DNA of 64,000 bases from a bacterium (GCA_021781955.1 JAJXVV010000004.1:1739-65738), one strand, 5' to 3'; counted from the first letter of the stretch, positions 38,038 through 48,401 are shown. Notes: generated by a model not told the origin, from the sequence alone. Numbers and translations: made by a program.

Positions 38038-38328
38038 TTACTGGACCTGCTGCACCGGCGTATCGCTGAAGCTCGAAGCGGACGCGTTCGCGTCGCTTGC
38101 GGCCTGCGTCTGCGAATCGACGGTGTTGAGGTCGGCTTGTAATTGAGCGTCCGAGGTGCCGGACGAAGCGCTCACGCCACCTTGCGACGTTCCCTGCGCG
38201 GCGGGCTGCGTCGCGGCCGGAGCCGTTGCGGGCACGGTCGCCGGAGCGGACGAGCCGGACATAAAATACCACCATGCGCCAGCGGCCACGACCAGCACGA
38301 GCACGACCCATGTAATGATTTTCCCCAT
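38038..38328 (-). CDS. Small membrane-anchored hypothetical protein
   Basis: MGKIITWVVLVLVVAAGAWW TM, Pro/Thr/Ala linker, short acidic helix. Confidence 0.7.
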   Translation of the reverse strand: MGKIITWVVLVLVVAAGAWWYFMSGSSAPATVPATAPAATQPAAQGTSQGGVSASSGTSDAQLQADLNTVDSQTQAASDANASASSFSDTPVQQVQ

Positions 38329-38440
38329 ATGGTTATACGAGTACGATATACGTATGATTTGTAATGCCTTTGTGGGCAACCCCACGGAGTATGGTAGCCT
38401 CCCCGGGTCATTTTGCAACGACGGATGGTGGGTATCATTC

Positions 38441-39910
38441 TTACACCCGCCGCACCTCCTTCGCCCGCACGTCAATGTCGATCGGATACGCGCCCGTGAA
38501 GCATGACGTGCATAGCTCGTCTTCGCGAAGGCCAGTAGCGCGCAACATGCCTTCATATGAAAGGAAGTGCAGCGATGTCGCGCCGAGGTATGCCCGCATC
38601 TGCGGAACCGTTTTATTTGCAGCAATGAGGTCGGCTTGTTTCGGCGTGTCGATGCCGTAAAAATCGGGATATTTGACCGGCGGCGAAGCCACGAGGAAAT
38701 GCACCTCGGTCGCGCCCGCTTCATAGAGCATCTGCACGATCTGCCGCGACGTAGTGCCGCGCACGATGGAGTCGTCGAACACGGCCACGCGCTTGCCACG
38801 TACCATTTCCGGTATCGGCGTCAATTTCGCTCTCACACCCTGTTCGCGCACGTGTTGCTCCGGCGTAATGAAGGTACGATGGATGTAGCGGTTCTTCGTG
38901 AGCGCCATATGAAGCGGAATGTGCAACTGCTCGGCATACCCTATGGCCGCCGGTATGGCGGTCTCCGGCACCGGCACGACGACGTCGGCCTCGAGCGGAT
39001 ACTCCTTGGCGAGCTCGATGCCGAAGTTGCGGCGCACTTCGTAGACGGAACGGCCGAGCAAGTGGCTGTCGGGACGCGCGAAATAGATGAACTCGAAGAC
39101 GTCGAACTTGGGGTCCGGCTGCGCGAGCTGCTCGCTGCTGATGCCGCGTTCGTCGATGATGAGCATCTCGCCGGGCGCGATATCCCGCTCAAAAGCGGCG
39201 CCGATCGGCCCGAGCGCGCAAGTCTCCGAGGCAACGACATATCCTCCATCGAGCTTCCCGAGCGACAGCGGCCGTATCCCGCAGCGATCGCGTATCGCGA
39301 CAAGTTGATCGCGCGACATGATGAGGATGGAAAAAGCGCCCGTCATGAGCGGATAGATCGTCTTTACCGCATCGGTGAATCCCGCACCTTCGCGCATCTT
39401 CGCTGCGATCGCCTCGACTATCATCCGCGAGTCGGAAAATTCGGTCGTATCGATGCCCTGCTTCGAAAGGTATGCGGCCAGCGCGTCGGTCGTCGGGAGA
39501 TTGCCGTTGTGCGCGAGCGCGATCGCGCCGTCGTCCGGTCCGGAGCACAGCGATACGGAATCGTTGAGGCTCGGGTGCGGATCGTCATAGGAAACGTTCT
39601 GCACGGCCGTCGAGCCTGCGGCGAGCATGGGTTGCGCGTGCTTGAGCTTGGTGCCGCCGGTCGTCGAGTAGCGGTTGTGGCCTACCGCGATACCGCCTTT
39701 GAGCGCGCTCAAGAGCTCGTCATTGAACACTTGCGACACGAGCCCCATGCCTTTATGGACGGTGAGCACGTCACCGTTTGAGGCGGCAATGCCGGAGCTT
39801 TCCTGGCCGCGATGCTGGAGCGCGAAGAGTCCGAAAAAGGCGAGCCGCGCGACATCGAGGCCTTTTCCGTAGACCCCGAATACCGCGCATTTCTCGCCAA
39901 GACTGCGCAT
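38441..39910 (-). CDS. purF: Amidophosphoribosyltransferase
   Basis: EKC propeptide, LQHRGQE, HNRYST, HNGNL, DDSIVRGTT. Confidence 0.95.
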   Translation of the reverse strand: MRSLGEKCAVFGVYGKGLDVARLAFFGLFALQHRGQESSGIAASNGDVLTVHKGMGLVSQVFNDELLSALKGGIAVGHNRYSTTGGTKLKHAQPMLAAGSTAVQNVSYDDPHPSLNDSVSLCSGPDDGAIALAHNGNLPTTDALAAYLSKQGIDTTEFSDSRMIVEAIAAKMREGAGFTDAVKTIYPLMTGAFSILIMSRDQLVAIRDRCGIRPLSLGKLDGGYVVASETCALGPIGAAFERDIAPGEMLIIDERGISSEQLAQPDPKFDVFEFIYFARPDSHLLGRSVYEVRRNFGIELAKEYPLEADVVVPVPETAIPAAIGYAEQLHIPLHMALTKNRYIHRTFITPEQHVREQGVRAKLTPIPEMVRGKRVAVFDDSIVRGTTSRQIVQMLYEAGATEVHFLVASPPVKYPDFYGIDTPKQADLIAANKTVPQMRAYLGATSLHFLSYEGMLRATGLREDELCTSCFTGAYPIDIDVRAKEVRRV

Positions 39911-39958
39911 ACTAGATGAGCATTGTAGCAGGGAAATCCCTCGATCACAGGGGCTTGC

Positions 39959-39981
39959 CCCCAGAGGACCGTCCTCTGGGG
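39959..39981. repeat. 17-bp palindrome, copy 2 (intergenic, extended to 23 bp)
   Basis: CCCCAGAGGACCGTCCTCTGGGG; flanked by direct repeat GGGCTTGC at 39951-39958 and 39996-40003. Confidence 0.85.
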
Positions 39982-40010
39982 AAAGTTGGGGATAAGGGCT
40001 TGCACTGATG

Positions 40011-40637
40011 CTAGACCTTCTTTGCGTTGACCGCGCGGACCTCTTTGCCATGCATCGAGCCGTCGGGATCGATAGAGTAGACGTGCGCCTCGCCCGTGCC
40101 GAGCTCGAGCTCGGCAACCCTGTCGTCGGGGACACGCTCAAGGTACTTCACGAGCGAACGCAATGAATTGCCGTGGGCGACGACGAGCACGTTGCGACCC
40201 GATTCAAGCACCGGCAGGATGTGCTCGGTGTAGTACGGCACGACGCGCTCATACACATTTTTGAGCGATTCACCTTCCGGTATCGGCACATCCCACCCGC
40301 GGCGCAGCTCCTGGAACTTCTCCTCGCCGAGCGTCTCTTTCATCTGCCATTTGTTCCTGCCGGCGTAGATGCCGTAGTCGCGTTCGTTGAGCGCAGCGCT
40401 CGCGATGGGTTCGAGGTCGTTGCGCCCTATCGCATCACGCATCGCGTCGAAGGTCTGCCGAGTGCGCTTGAGCGCGGAAACATACGCGACATCGACGTGA
40501 ATGTCTTTGATCGCTTTGCCGGCTTTGCGCGCCTCCTCGACACCTTCCGGCGCGAGGTCGACATCGGTGAGGCCCGTCCATTGCCCGAGCGCGTTCCACA
40601 CCGAAGTGCCGTGGCGGACCAACACGAGATACGCCAT
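40011..40637 (-). CDS. gpmA: 2,3-bisphosphoglycerate-dependent phosphoglycerate mutase
   Basis: LVRHG.S.WN, LNERDYG, GESL, AHGNSLR. Confidence 0.93.
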   Translation of the reverse strand: MAYLVLVRHGTSVWNALGQWTGLTDVDLAPEGVEEARKAGKAIKDIHVDVAYVSALKRTRQTFDAMRDAIGRNDLEPIASAALNERDYGIYAGRNKWQMKETLGEEKFQELRRGWDVPIPEGESLKNVYERVVPYYTEHILPVLESGRNVLVVAHGNSLRSLVKYLERVPDDRVAELELGTGEAHVYSIDPDGSMHGKEVRAVNAKKV

Positions 40638-40640
40638 ACG

Positions 40641-41951
<1,311 letters not shown>

Positions 41952-41961
41952 CTATGGGCCA

Positions 41962-43269
41962 TCAGGCGCGCTCTTCCGGATCCTTCCAGAGGTACGGCGC
42001 AATGCGCAAGAATTCCGGGATGCGATTCAGGTACGGAATGTACGGAAATGCGATGAAAAGTAATAGTACGGCAGCGAACGTCTCCGCAGCGATACGGTCG
42101 CCGTTGGGATTGTCGGGAAGGTCGAAGGTCTGGTTGAGAATGCCGAGCGGCAAGAACCACCATGAGCCGGGCGGCAGCGTCAGTCCGCCGTTCTCGTCGC
42201 GCGCCATGCCCATCTGCGCGGTGCTGAAACCGAGCGTGCCCGCCTTGTCCTCAAGCACCCCCATGTCGTTGAGGAAACGGAGACTGTACGTATCGGGTGC
42301 GGGGTCTTCGGCATCGAGCGTCGCCTCGTAGGCGCCACTCTGGATCGAGGGCACGAGCGCGGCGATCATATCGGCCGAGGTCGTCGCCGGACCTCCAACG
42401 AGCGCGTAGTACGGCTTCAGCACGAATACCGAACGAGTATCGAACGTGTACGGATCGATGGAATCGAGGTAGGTCGCGGTGTCGGAGGTATGATCGTACT
42501 CCTGCTGCAAGGTGTCGGAGACGAGCGATGCGTTCTGTTGCATCTCGCCGGCGATGGTCGTTGCGGGCACGTAAGGCGAGTGGAAGAAGAACGCAAGGAT
42601 GAGCACGGCGACCGCGAGCACGCCGCCGCGTATGAACATGATGCGGTGATCGGCCGGGACCATGCGCACTTTGATGTCGTCGCGGTAGGGTTTCGAGATA
42701 CCGTACGTTTTGATGAGGATGAAGTGCAGGAGGAACAGCGCAAGAATGGCGAGCGGGATCATCACGATGTGGATGGCGAACTCTTGGAATCGGCTGAGCG
42801 GGTTGATGAGATAGCCCAAATACGCGCCGTTCCAAAAGTCGGCGCCCGAGACCGCGCGGAATTGCGAGGAGAAATCACCGCGCAAGCCGTAGCCAAATTC
42901 GGTCTGGAACATCGAGAGCGAGAGAATGAGCGCACCGAACACCCACACCATGCGTCGCGGCGGCTTGAACGCGCTCGTCGTAAAACCGACCAGCATGTGG
43001 ATGATGAGGAGCGCGATAAAGGCCTGCACGCTCCAGAGGTGCACGCTGCGCGCATAAACGCCGAGCGCGGTATGCAGCCACCACTGCTGCCCCATAAACG
43101 CGAGGATGGCGCCAGAGACGACGAGGAGCGAGAGTGCGGTCAGCGTGAGGAAACCGAGTCCGTAGAATATCCGATTGGCGTACGAGGGAAGCTTGTGGAT
43201 GTAGATCGCGTCACGCAGCGTCGCGAACGCATTCGTCTTCGGCCCGTACTCCTGCGGCGTATCGTCCAT
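41962..43269 (-). CDS. Cytochrome b/b6 N-terminal domain protein with extra extracytoplasmic domain
   Basis: Heme-ligand His77/His91 (RSVH...H) and His167/His182; FKPPRRMVW; FGYGL. Confidence 0.8.
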   Translation of the reverse strand: MDDTPQEYGPKTNAFATLRDAIYIHKLPSYANRIFYGLGFLTLTALSLLVVSGAILAFMGQQWWLHTALGVYARSVHLWSVQAFIALLIIHMLVGFTTSAFKPPRRMVWVFGALILSLSMFQTEFGYGLRGDFSSQFRAVSGADFWNGAYLGYLINPLSRFQEFAIHIVMIPLAILALFLLHFILIKTYGISKPYRDDIKVRMVPADHRIMFIRGGVLAVAVLILAFFFHSPYVPATTIAGEMQQNASLVSDTLQQEYDHTSDTATYLDSIDPYTFDTRSVFVLKPYYALVGGPATTSADMIAALVPSIQSGAYEATLDAEDPAPDTYSLRFLNDMGVLEDKAGTLGFSTAQMGMARDENGGLTLPPGSWWFLPLGILNQTFDLPDNPNGDRIAAETFAAVLLLFIAFPYIPYLNRIPEFLRIAPYLWKDPEERA

Positions 43270-43319
43270 AACTCGTTCCCTATAGTGTACACCAGTATGA
43301 CGCGAGCGCCCGTGCGATG

Positions 43320-44036
43320 TTATCGACCGATCGCAGACGCCATGTCCTCCGCCAAGGGGGCACTGAAGGCATAGCGGCGTCCGTCGATCTCAAAAGCGAT
43401 CTCGAGCGCATGTAATGCGGGTCGCGTGATACCTGCCAGCGGTCCTTTGCCTTCCGCGTACAGATGATCGGCGACGATCGGATGGCCGATGGAGGCGAGA
43501 TGCACGCGCAGCTGATGCGTGCGGCCGGTCTTCGGTTCCAGCTCAAGGTACGACACCTGCTCTCCCTCGGGCGAGGTCAAGCGCGAGAGCAGCCGCCAGT
43601 GAGTAATCGCCGCGCGCTTGTCGTGCGCGCGCGATGGTTTCGCGCACCACCGCTTCGGCGCAACGCCGGTACGCGCGATCTCCGCAACGATGACGCCGTG
43701 ATCTTTTGGTACGTGTCCGTACACGAGCGCCCGGTACCGCTTCTCGACCCGCCGCTCTTTGAACGCCTGCTTGAGCATCGCGAACGCCGCATCGTGTTTC
43801 GCGGCCACGATGATGCCGCTCGTCGTGCGATCGAGCCGATGGACGAGCCCGCACACGCGCACGCGCTCGCCCTGCGGCGATATCCATGGCTCACCAACGG
43901 AGGTCATCGTCGGAAAATGCTCCGCTATCCATTCGGCGAGCGACGGCTCTTCGGTACGGCCATCGCGATGTGTGATGAGCCCGGCCGGCTTGTCGATCGC
44001 GAGCAAATCGGGCGTCTCTGCTACGACCCTAGGCAT
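43320..44036 (-). CDS. RluA/RluD family pseudouridine synthase (no S4 domain)
   Basis: DKPAG, HRLDRTTSG, TGRTHQLRVH, LHA. Confidence 0.93.
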   Translation of the reverse strand: MPRVVAETPDLLAIDKPAGLITHRDGRTEEPSLAEWIAEHFPTMTSVGEPWISPQGERVRVCGLVHRLDRTTSGIIVAAKHDAAFAMLKQAFKERRVEKRYRALVYGHVPKDHGVIVAEIARTGVAPKRWCAKPSRAHDKRAAITHWRLLSRLTSPEGEQVSYLELEPKTGRTHQLRVHLASIGHPIVADHLYAEGKGPLAGITRPALHALEIAFEIDGRRYAFSAPLAEDMASAIGR

Positions 44037-44485
44037 GCCGAAAGCTTGTCCTTGTACAGCGTGTAAAAGGTCGGCCACTGCGAGTGCATCGGCGACGGCA
44101 GCGCATCGAGCTTGAACCAGCGCACGTCGTCGAGCTTGTGCGGCTCGCCGTTCTTGACCTTCGCGCGATCGACGAGCACCTTGAAATCGAGTGTGATCCA
44201 GTGCGTCAGATTGCCTGCGTGCTCGCGATGCACGTCGCGATAGCCGAGGAACTCAACATCGAGCACCTCGGTGCAGTACTCTTCGGCGATCTCCTTGCGC
44301 AGCGTCTCTTCGACCGTGTCGCCCAGCTCTATCCTGCCGCCGCCCGGATCCCACGTGCCGTGCTCGTCGCGCGAGTTGACCGAGCGTTTCGAGAATAAAA
44401 AATCGCCCGCACCATCGTGACAGGCGAAAACGACCGCATTGCCGATGAAGTCCTCACCTTCCCGCAGCGCGGCGCTCATGCGCAT
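44021..44485 (-). CDS. NUDIX hydrolase
   Basis: Nudix box GGRIELGDTVEETLRKEIAEEY. Confidence 0.9.
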   Translation of the reverse strand: MRMSAALREGEDFIGNAVVFACHDGAGDFLFSKRSVNSRDEHGTWDPGGGRIELGDTVEETLRKEIAEEYCTEVLDVEFLGYRDVHREHAGNLTHWITLDFKVLVDRAKVKNGEPHKLDDVRWFKLDALPSPMHSQWPTFYTLYKDKLSACLGS

Positions 44486-44605
44486 CTAATATCCTTTCTT
44501 TGCGTGGCGCGCGGCAAGCATCGTCGCCTTTGCGGCAAGCCGCTTCGCGGTCTTGCGCGAACGAGACTTTTTGCGGCGGATGTCCACGTATGGTCGTTTT
44601 GCCAT
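44486..44605 (-). CDS. 39-aa highly basic small protein
   Basis: MAKRPYVDIRRKKSRSRKTAKRLAAKATMLAARHAKKGY; TATACT 7 nt upstream of ATG; stop abuts the NUDIX start. Confidence 0.65.
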   Translation of the reverse strand: MAKRPYVDIRRKKSRSRKTAKRLAAKATMLAARHAKKGY

Positions 44606-44670
44606 GTCGCGAGTATACACTACTCTCGCGCCGCGCGCACGAGCCAAAAATCGGCGGGAAGAAGCACGCG

Positions 44671-44937
44671 TTACGCTTTGCCAGTCCGCGCGCGATGCGT
44701 GCAGCCCGCCCAGCAGCACGGGCGGCGCATGCCTGAAGTCATTTTTGAGATACCTACCTTGATACGGCGTTCCCGCGTCTCGTCTTTTTTTGCGTCCTCG
44801 ACCCAGCAGATCCACTCGTTGCGGGAGAGCGGCGTGAGGTCTTCCCACAGTGCGCGCACTTTTGGCTTGGAGAGAATAGCCGTCCGGAAGTCCGACGGCA
44901 TCTTATGCACGACCCCGCCTGGAATGGTCTTGGTCAT
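44671..44937 (-). CDS. YdeI/OmpD-associated family protein
   Basis: P.DF...WEDLTPLSRNEWICWV..AKK.ETR.RRI; RRPCCWAGC.H tail. Confidence 0.85.
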   Translation of the reverse strand: MTKTIPGGVVHKMPSDFRTAILSKPKVRALWEDLTPLSRNEWICWVEDAKKDETRERRIKVGISKMTSGMRRPCCWAGCTHRARTGKA

Positions 44938-44981
44938 GATCATACATGGTAGCAAAATGCACCCCGTTACGGTAGAGCGGC

Positions 44982-45019
44982 AAAAAATCAGTCCCCGGCA
45001 CCATCAAGCGTCGGGGACT
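44982..45019 (-). terminator. Terminator after the obg-kinase-small gene unit
   Basis: AGTCCCCG...CGGGGACT stem followed by GATTTTTT on the minus strand. Confidence 0.55.
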
Positions 45020-45258
45020 TTCTCGCGAGGGTAGCGATTGAAGAAATGGTACGTCGTTCCACTGACTTCGAGAGAGTAGACGAACGTAAAGTAATACGTC
45101 TGTCCACCCTCGAAGAGACGGTCGCCCACCTCTTTGTCGACGGAGAACCAAAGTTCTCCCATGCCTTCAAATCGATACACCGCACCGGCTTTCGGCTGGA
45201 GTCTCTCCAGCAAAGAACGAAAGTTCTTCATGAAGGTTGGAGTTACTATCATGCTCAT
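45004..45258 (-). CDS. Hypothetical 84-aa protein
   Basis: ATGA overlap with the kinase stop; fills the gap; no recognised motif. Confidence 0.6.
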   Translation of the reverse strand: MSMIVTPTFMKNFRSLLERLQPKAGAVYRFEGMGELWFSVDKEVGDRLFEGGQTYYFTFVYSLEVSGTTYHFFNRYPREKVPDA

Positions 45259-46151
45259 ACTCCTTTCTTCGCGATGTTCGCGAATACGACCTTCAACATC
45301 TCGACTATAACATGATCATCGTTGTATGTAAACGTCATGCCGGCCCGCTCGGACTTGTACGGCTCGAAGTCGGCATGCGCCTCGATCGAGAGGCCGAAGT
45401 CGATGATGTACGCCTCCTTCGCCTCGGGGGTCGGACTTTGCGAGATCATGACGTTGCCAAGATGCATGTCGCGATGGAACAGGCGCTTCGAGTGAAGGAA
45501 TGACAGCGCGCTTCGAATATCTTCGATCAGTTTGCCAGTATCGATCCATTCCGGAATCCGCCCTCGCCCGCGCAGGATGTCGTCCACGCTCTTGGCGTTG
45601 AGCTTCTCCATCGCGATCATCTTGCGATTGCCGATCTCGATGGCGTAGAACGGTTCAGGTACGCCGATGGGGCCACTATGCTCCGTCATCGTTTCGTAGA
45701 AGCGATCTTGCAGCGACAATTCGGTAAAAGTCCCGTTGCGGCCGCGCGGGACGGTTTCGGTGAGGGCGAACTTGTAGCATACTTCCGGCGGCAGCGCGCG
45801 TATCTCGTTGATGTCGACGACCACGAAACCATCCCCTCCGCGACCAAGCTCATGAGCGTGAGCCAGAATGGAGTCCATCGACTGTTTGAGCCCGACAACG
45901 TCGAGATCCTTCATCGTAACGCCGTCGACGGCGCGCGAGCTCTCGACGCGCGAGGTTCTGTGCAGCCGCTCACCTATGAGACGCTGCGCGTACGCAAGCG
46001 CCTCTTGCGCAGACATGGCGTCCATGCGATCCGCGTGAACCGACTGACGCAAAAAATCATTCTCGGAATCCTCCAAGAGCTGGTCGAGTTCTGCTTCGGC
46101 AGAACGAGAGCCCGGTCCTTTCTTGAATCCCTCCAATTTGTTATCTAGCAT
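45255..46151 (-). CDS. Minimal protein-kinase-like protein (RIO/Bud32-like)
   Basis: LGRGGDGFV Gly loop, CYK, MEKL, HRDMHLGN, IIDFGLS; ends about 45 aa after DFG. Confidence 0.85.
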   Translation of the reverse strand: MLDNKLEGFKKGPGSRSAEAELDQLLEDSENDFLRQSVHADRMDAMSAQEALAYAQRLIGERLHRTSRVESSRAVDGVTMKDLDVVGLKQSMDSILAHAHELGRGGDGFVVVDINEIRALPPEVCYKFALTETVPRGRNGTFTELSLQDRFYETMTEHSGPIGVPEPFYAIEIGNRKMIAMEKLNAKSVDDILRGRGRIPEWIDTGKLIEDIRSALSFLHSKRLFHRDMHLGNVMISQSPTPEAKEAYIIDFGLSIEAHADFEPYKSERAGMTFTYNDDHVIVEMLKVVFANIAKKGV

Positions 46152-47142
46152 AGCCGTGTATTGGGTTCGCCTCCGCCGCTCCCTTCAGAACGCCGATCTC
46201 GTTGAGGATCTTTTTCATCGAATCCATGCTCGCATCGTCGATGATAGATACGGGTATCGCCGTGATGCCCGTTTTGCGGAGCGCTGCCTGTTTGGCGACG
46301 ACCTCCTCGTGGCCGACTGCGTCGGATTTGGCGAGGAACACATACTCTTCTTTTCCGCCGAGCTTAGTTCCGTACTTCCTGAGCTCCTCTCGAATGACCT
46401 TGTAGTCGCGTACCGGATCATCTGATTCGCAGGAGATGAGATGAAAAAGCACGCGGGTACGCTCGATGTGCTTGAGGAACTTATACCCGAGCCCTTTGCC
46501 GAGATGCGCGCCTTCGATGAGACCGGGAATGTCGGCGATGATGACGCCATAGTATGCGCCGAGGTGCGGTTCGAGCGTGGTGAACGCGTAATTCCCCACG
46601 CGGCTCTTGGCGCCCGTAAGCGCGTTGAGAAGGCTCGATTTGCCTGCGCTCGGCAAGCCGATGAGCCCGACATCCGCAATAAGCCGCATCTCGATACGAT
46701 ATGTAGCGTTGTCGCCCGACGACCCTTCTTCGAATTCTTTTGGCGTCGTGTTGGTGGACGACCGGAATTTGAAATTCCCCCTGCCGCCGCGCCCTCCTCC
46801 GGCGACGAGCATGCGCTCTCCGACCGATTCGATCTCGCGCCCGAATCCGGTAGCGAGATTGGTGACGCGCGAGCCGATAGGCACCCGCACGATGAGATTG
46901 CTTCCTGCCGCGCCATCGAGGAATTGTCCTCGGCCATTCTTTCCGTGCCCCGCGCGCATGATCTTGTGCGAGGAAAGCGTATTGAGCACCGTGAGATCGG
47001 CAACGCCTTCGAGGTACACGCTGCCGCCGGCTCCGCCATCGCCTCCCGTGGGGCCCTGCGAGAGCCGTACCTTATTGAAGGCGACAGCTCCCCGGCCGCC
47101 GTCGCCAGCCACGAACTCAATGGTCACTTCATCGACGAACAT
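46141..47142 (-). CDS. obg: GTPase Obg/CgtA (short form)
   Basis: MFVDE, Gly-rich Obg fold, ADVGLIGLPSAGKSS, DIPGLIEGA, FLKHIER. Confidence 0.96.
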   Translation of the reverse strand: MFVDEVTIEFVAGDGGRGAVAFNKVRLSQGPTGGDGGAGGSVYLEGVADLTVLNTLSSHKIMRAGHGKNGRGQFLDGAAGSNLIVRVPIGSRVTNLATGFGREIESVGERMLVAGGGRGGRGNFKFRSSTNTTPKEFEEGSSGDNATYRIEMRLIADVGLIGLPSAGKSSLLNALTGAKSRVGNYAFTTLEPHLGAYYGVIIADIPGLIEGAHLGKGLGYKFLKHIERTRVLFHLISCESDDPVRDYKVIREELRKYGTKLGGKEEYVFLAKSDAVGHEEVVAKQAALRKTGITAIPVSIIDDASMDSMKKILNEIGVLKGAAEANPIHGYAR

Positions 47143-47156
47143 AGTGCCTCATGCTA

Positions 47157-48401
47157 TCACGCATGGCTCCCCGCGACATAGCCGGTCGTCCAGGCGAGCT
47201 GCAAAGAATACCCGCCCGAGGGGCGCGACACGTGCAAGCAATCGCCTACTATGTGCAGATTTGGATGCAGGCGCGAGCGCATGGTCCTCGTGTCGACATC
47301 GGTGAGCGAGAGTCCGCCATCGGCAACGACCGCGCGATCGAACCCCATGAGCCCGCTTATCCGCACCGAGAGCCCTTTCAGGAGCTCGGCGAGCGCGCGG
47401 CGCTCCGCTTTGGTAACGCTGTGCACTTTTTTCTCCGGATCGATATCGGGCATAAGCGCGAGTATCGCTGCGGCCGCTCCCGCCGGCGCGACGCTCCGGA
47501 ACACGTTCTTCAGCGCCTTGTTCTTGCTGGCGTCGAACACGCTCGTTATCTCCCGCTCGAATATGCCGAGATCGAGTTCTGGCCGTGTATCTATCCGCGC
47601 ACGCACCGCACCTGCCTGGAGCAGATCGGCGACCTCGCCGGCGGCGTTGAGTATGAGCGGCCCCGATAGGCCGAAATGCGTGATGAGCACGTCGCCTCGC
47701 AGCGAGAACGCGCGTTTCTCATCGGCGAAGAACGTTACCTTCGCGCCCTTGAGCGTCTTCCCGGCGAGCGGTTTGAGCCACGCATCGGGCGAGCGCAGCG
47801 GCACTATCCTCGGCGTTGGCGTGTGTATCGCGTACCCGAGCGACGTGAGCCATGCGAAGCCTTCACCGGTGGAACCAGTCTCCGGGTGCGAGACGCCGCC
47901 GGTGGCGAGGACGTATGACCTCGCGCTGAGCACTTCCTTGCCCACGACGACTCCCGCGATCCGCCCGTCTTGCACCGCAAAACCGAGCACCGCCGCACGC
48001 ACCCGCACATCCACGCCATGCACGGCGAGTGCGCGCGTGAGCGCGTACACCACATCTTGCGCGCGCTCGCTCTGCGGAAAAGCGCGCTTGCGCGCCTCCA
48101 CCTTGAGCGGCACATCATGCGCTTCGAACCACCCGTATGCGGCACGCATGCCGAATTGGGAGAAGGGAGAATATAAGAATTGCTCGGACATGCCGTAGTG
48201 CTTGAGGAGCGTGTGTTCGTCCTCTTCCGCATTCAATATATTGCAGCGCCCGCCGCCCGATATCGCGAGCTTCGCGCCGAGACGCGCATTTTTCTCCAGC
48301 AAAAGCACCCGCTTCCCCCGCTCGCCCGCGCGCGCAGCGGCCATCATGCCTGCGGCCCCGCCGCCGATTACGATAACGTCGTAGTTCGTTCGCATCGTCA
48401 T
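47157..48401 (-). CDS. HI0933/BaiN/YhiN family flavoprotein
   Basis: GGGAAGMMAA, SGGGRCN, TGSTGEG, THFGLSGP, GGYSLQ. Confidence 0.92.
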   Translation of the reverse strand: MTMRTNYDVIVIGGGAAGMMAAARAGERGKRVLLLEKNARLGAKLAISGGGRCNILNAEEDEHTLLKHYGMSEQFLYSPFSQFGMRAAYGWFEAHDVPLKVEARKRAFPQSERAQDVVYALTRALAVHGVDVRVRAAVLGFAVQDGRIAGVVVGKEVLSARSYVLATGGVSHPETGSTGEGFAWLTSLGYAIHTPTPRIVPLRSPDAWLKPLAGKTLKGAKVTFFADEKRAFSLRGDVLITHFGLSGPLILNAAGEVADLLQAGAVRARIDTRPELDLGIFEREITSVFDASKNKALKNVFRSVAPAGAAAAILALMPDIDPEKKVHSVTKAERRALAELLKGLSVRISGLMGFDRAVVADGGLSLTDVDTRTMRSRLHPNLHIVGDCLHVSRPSGGYSLQLAWTTGYVAGSHA

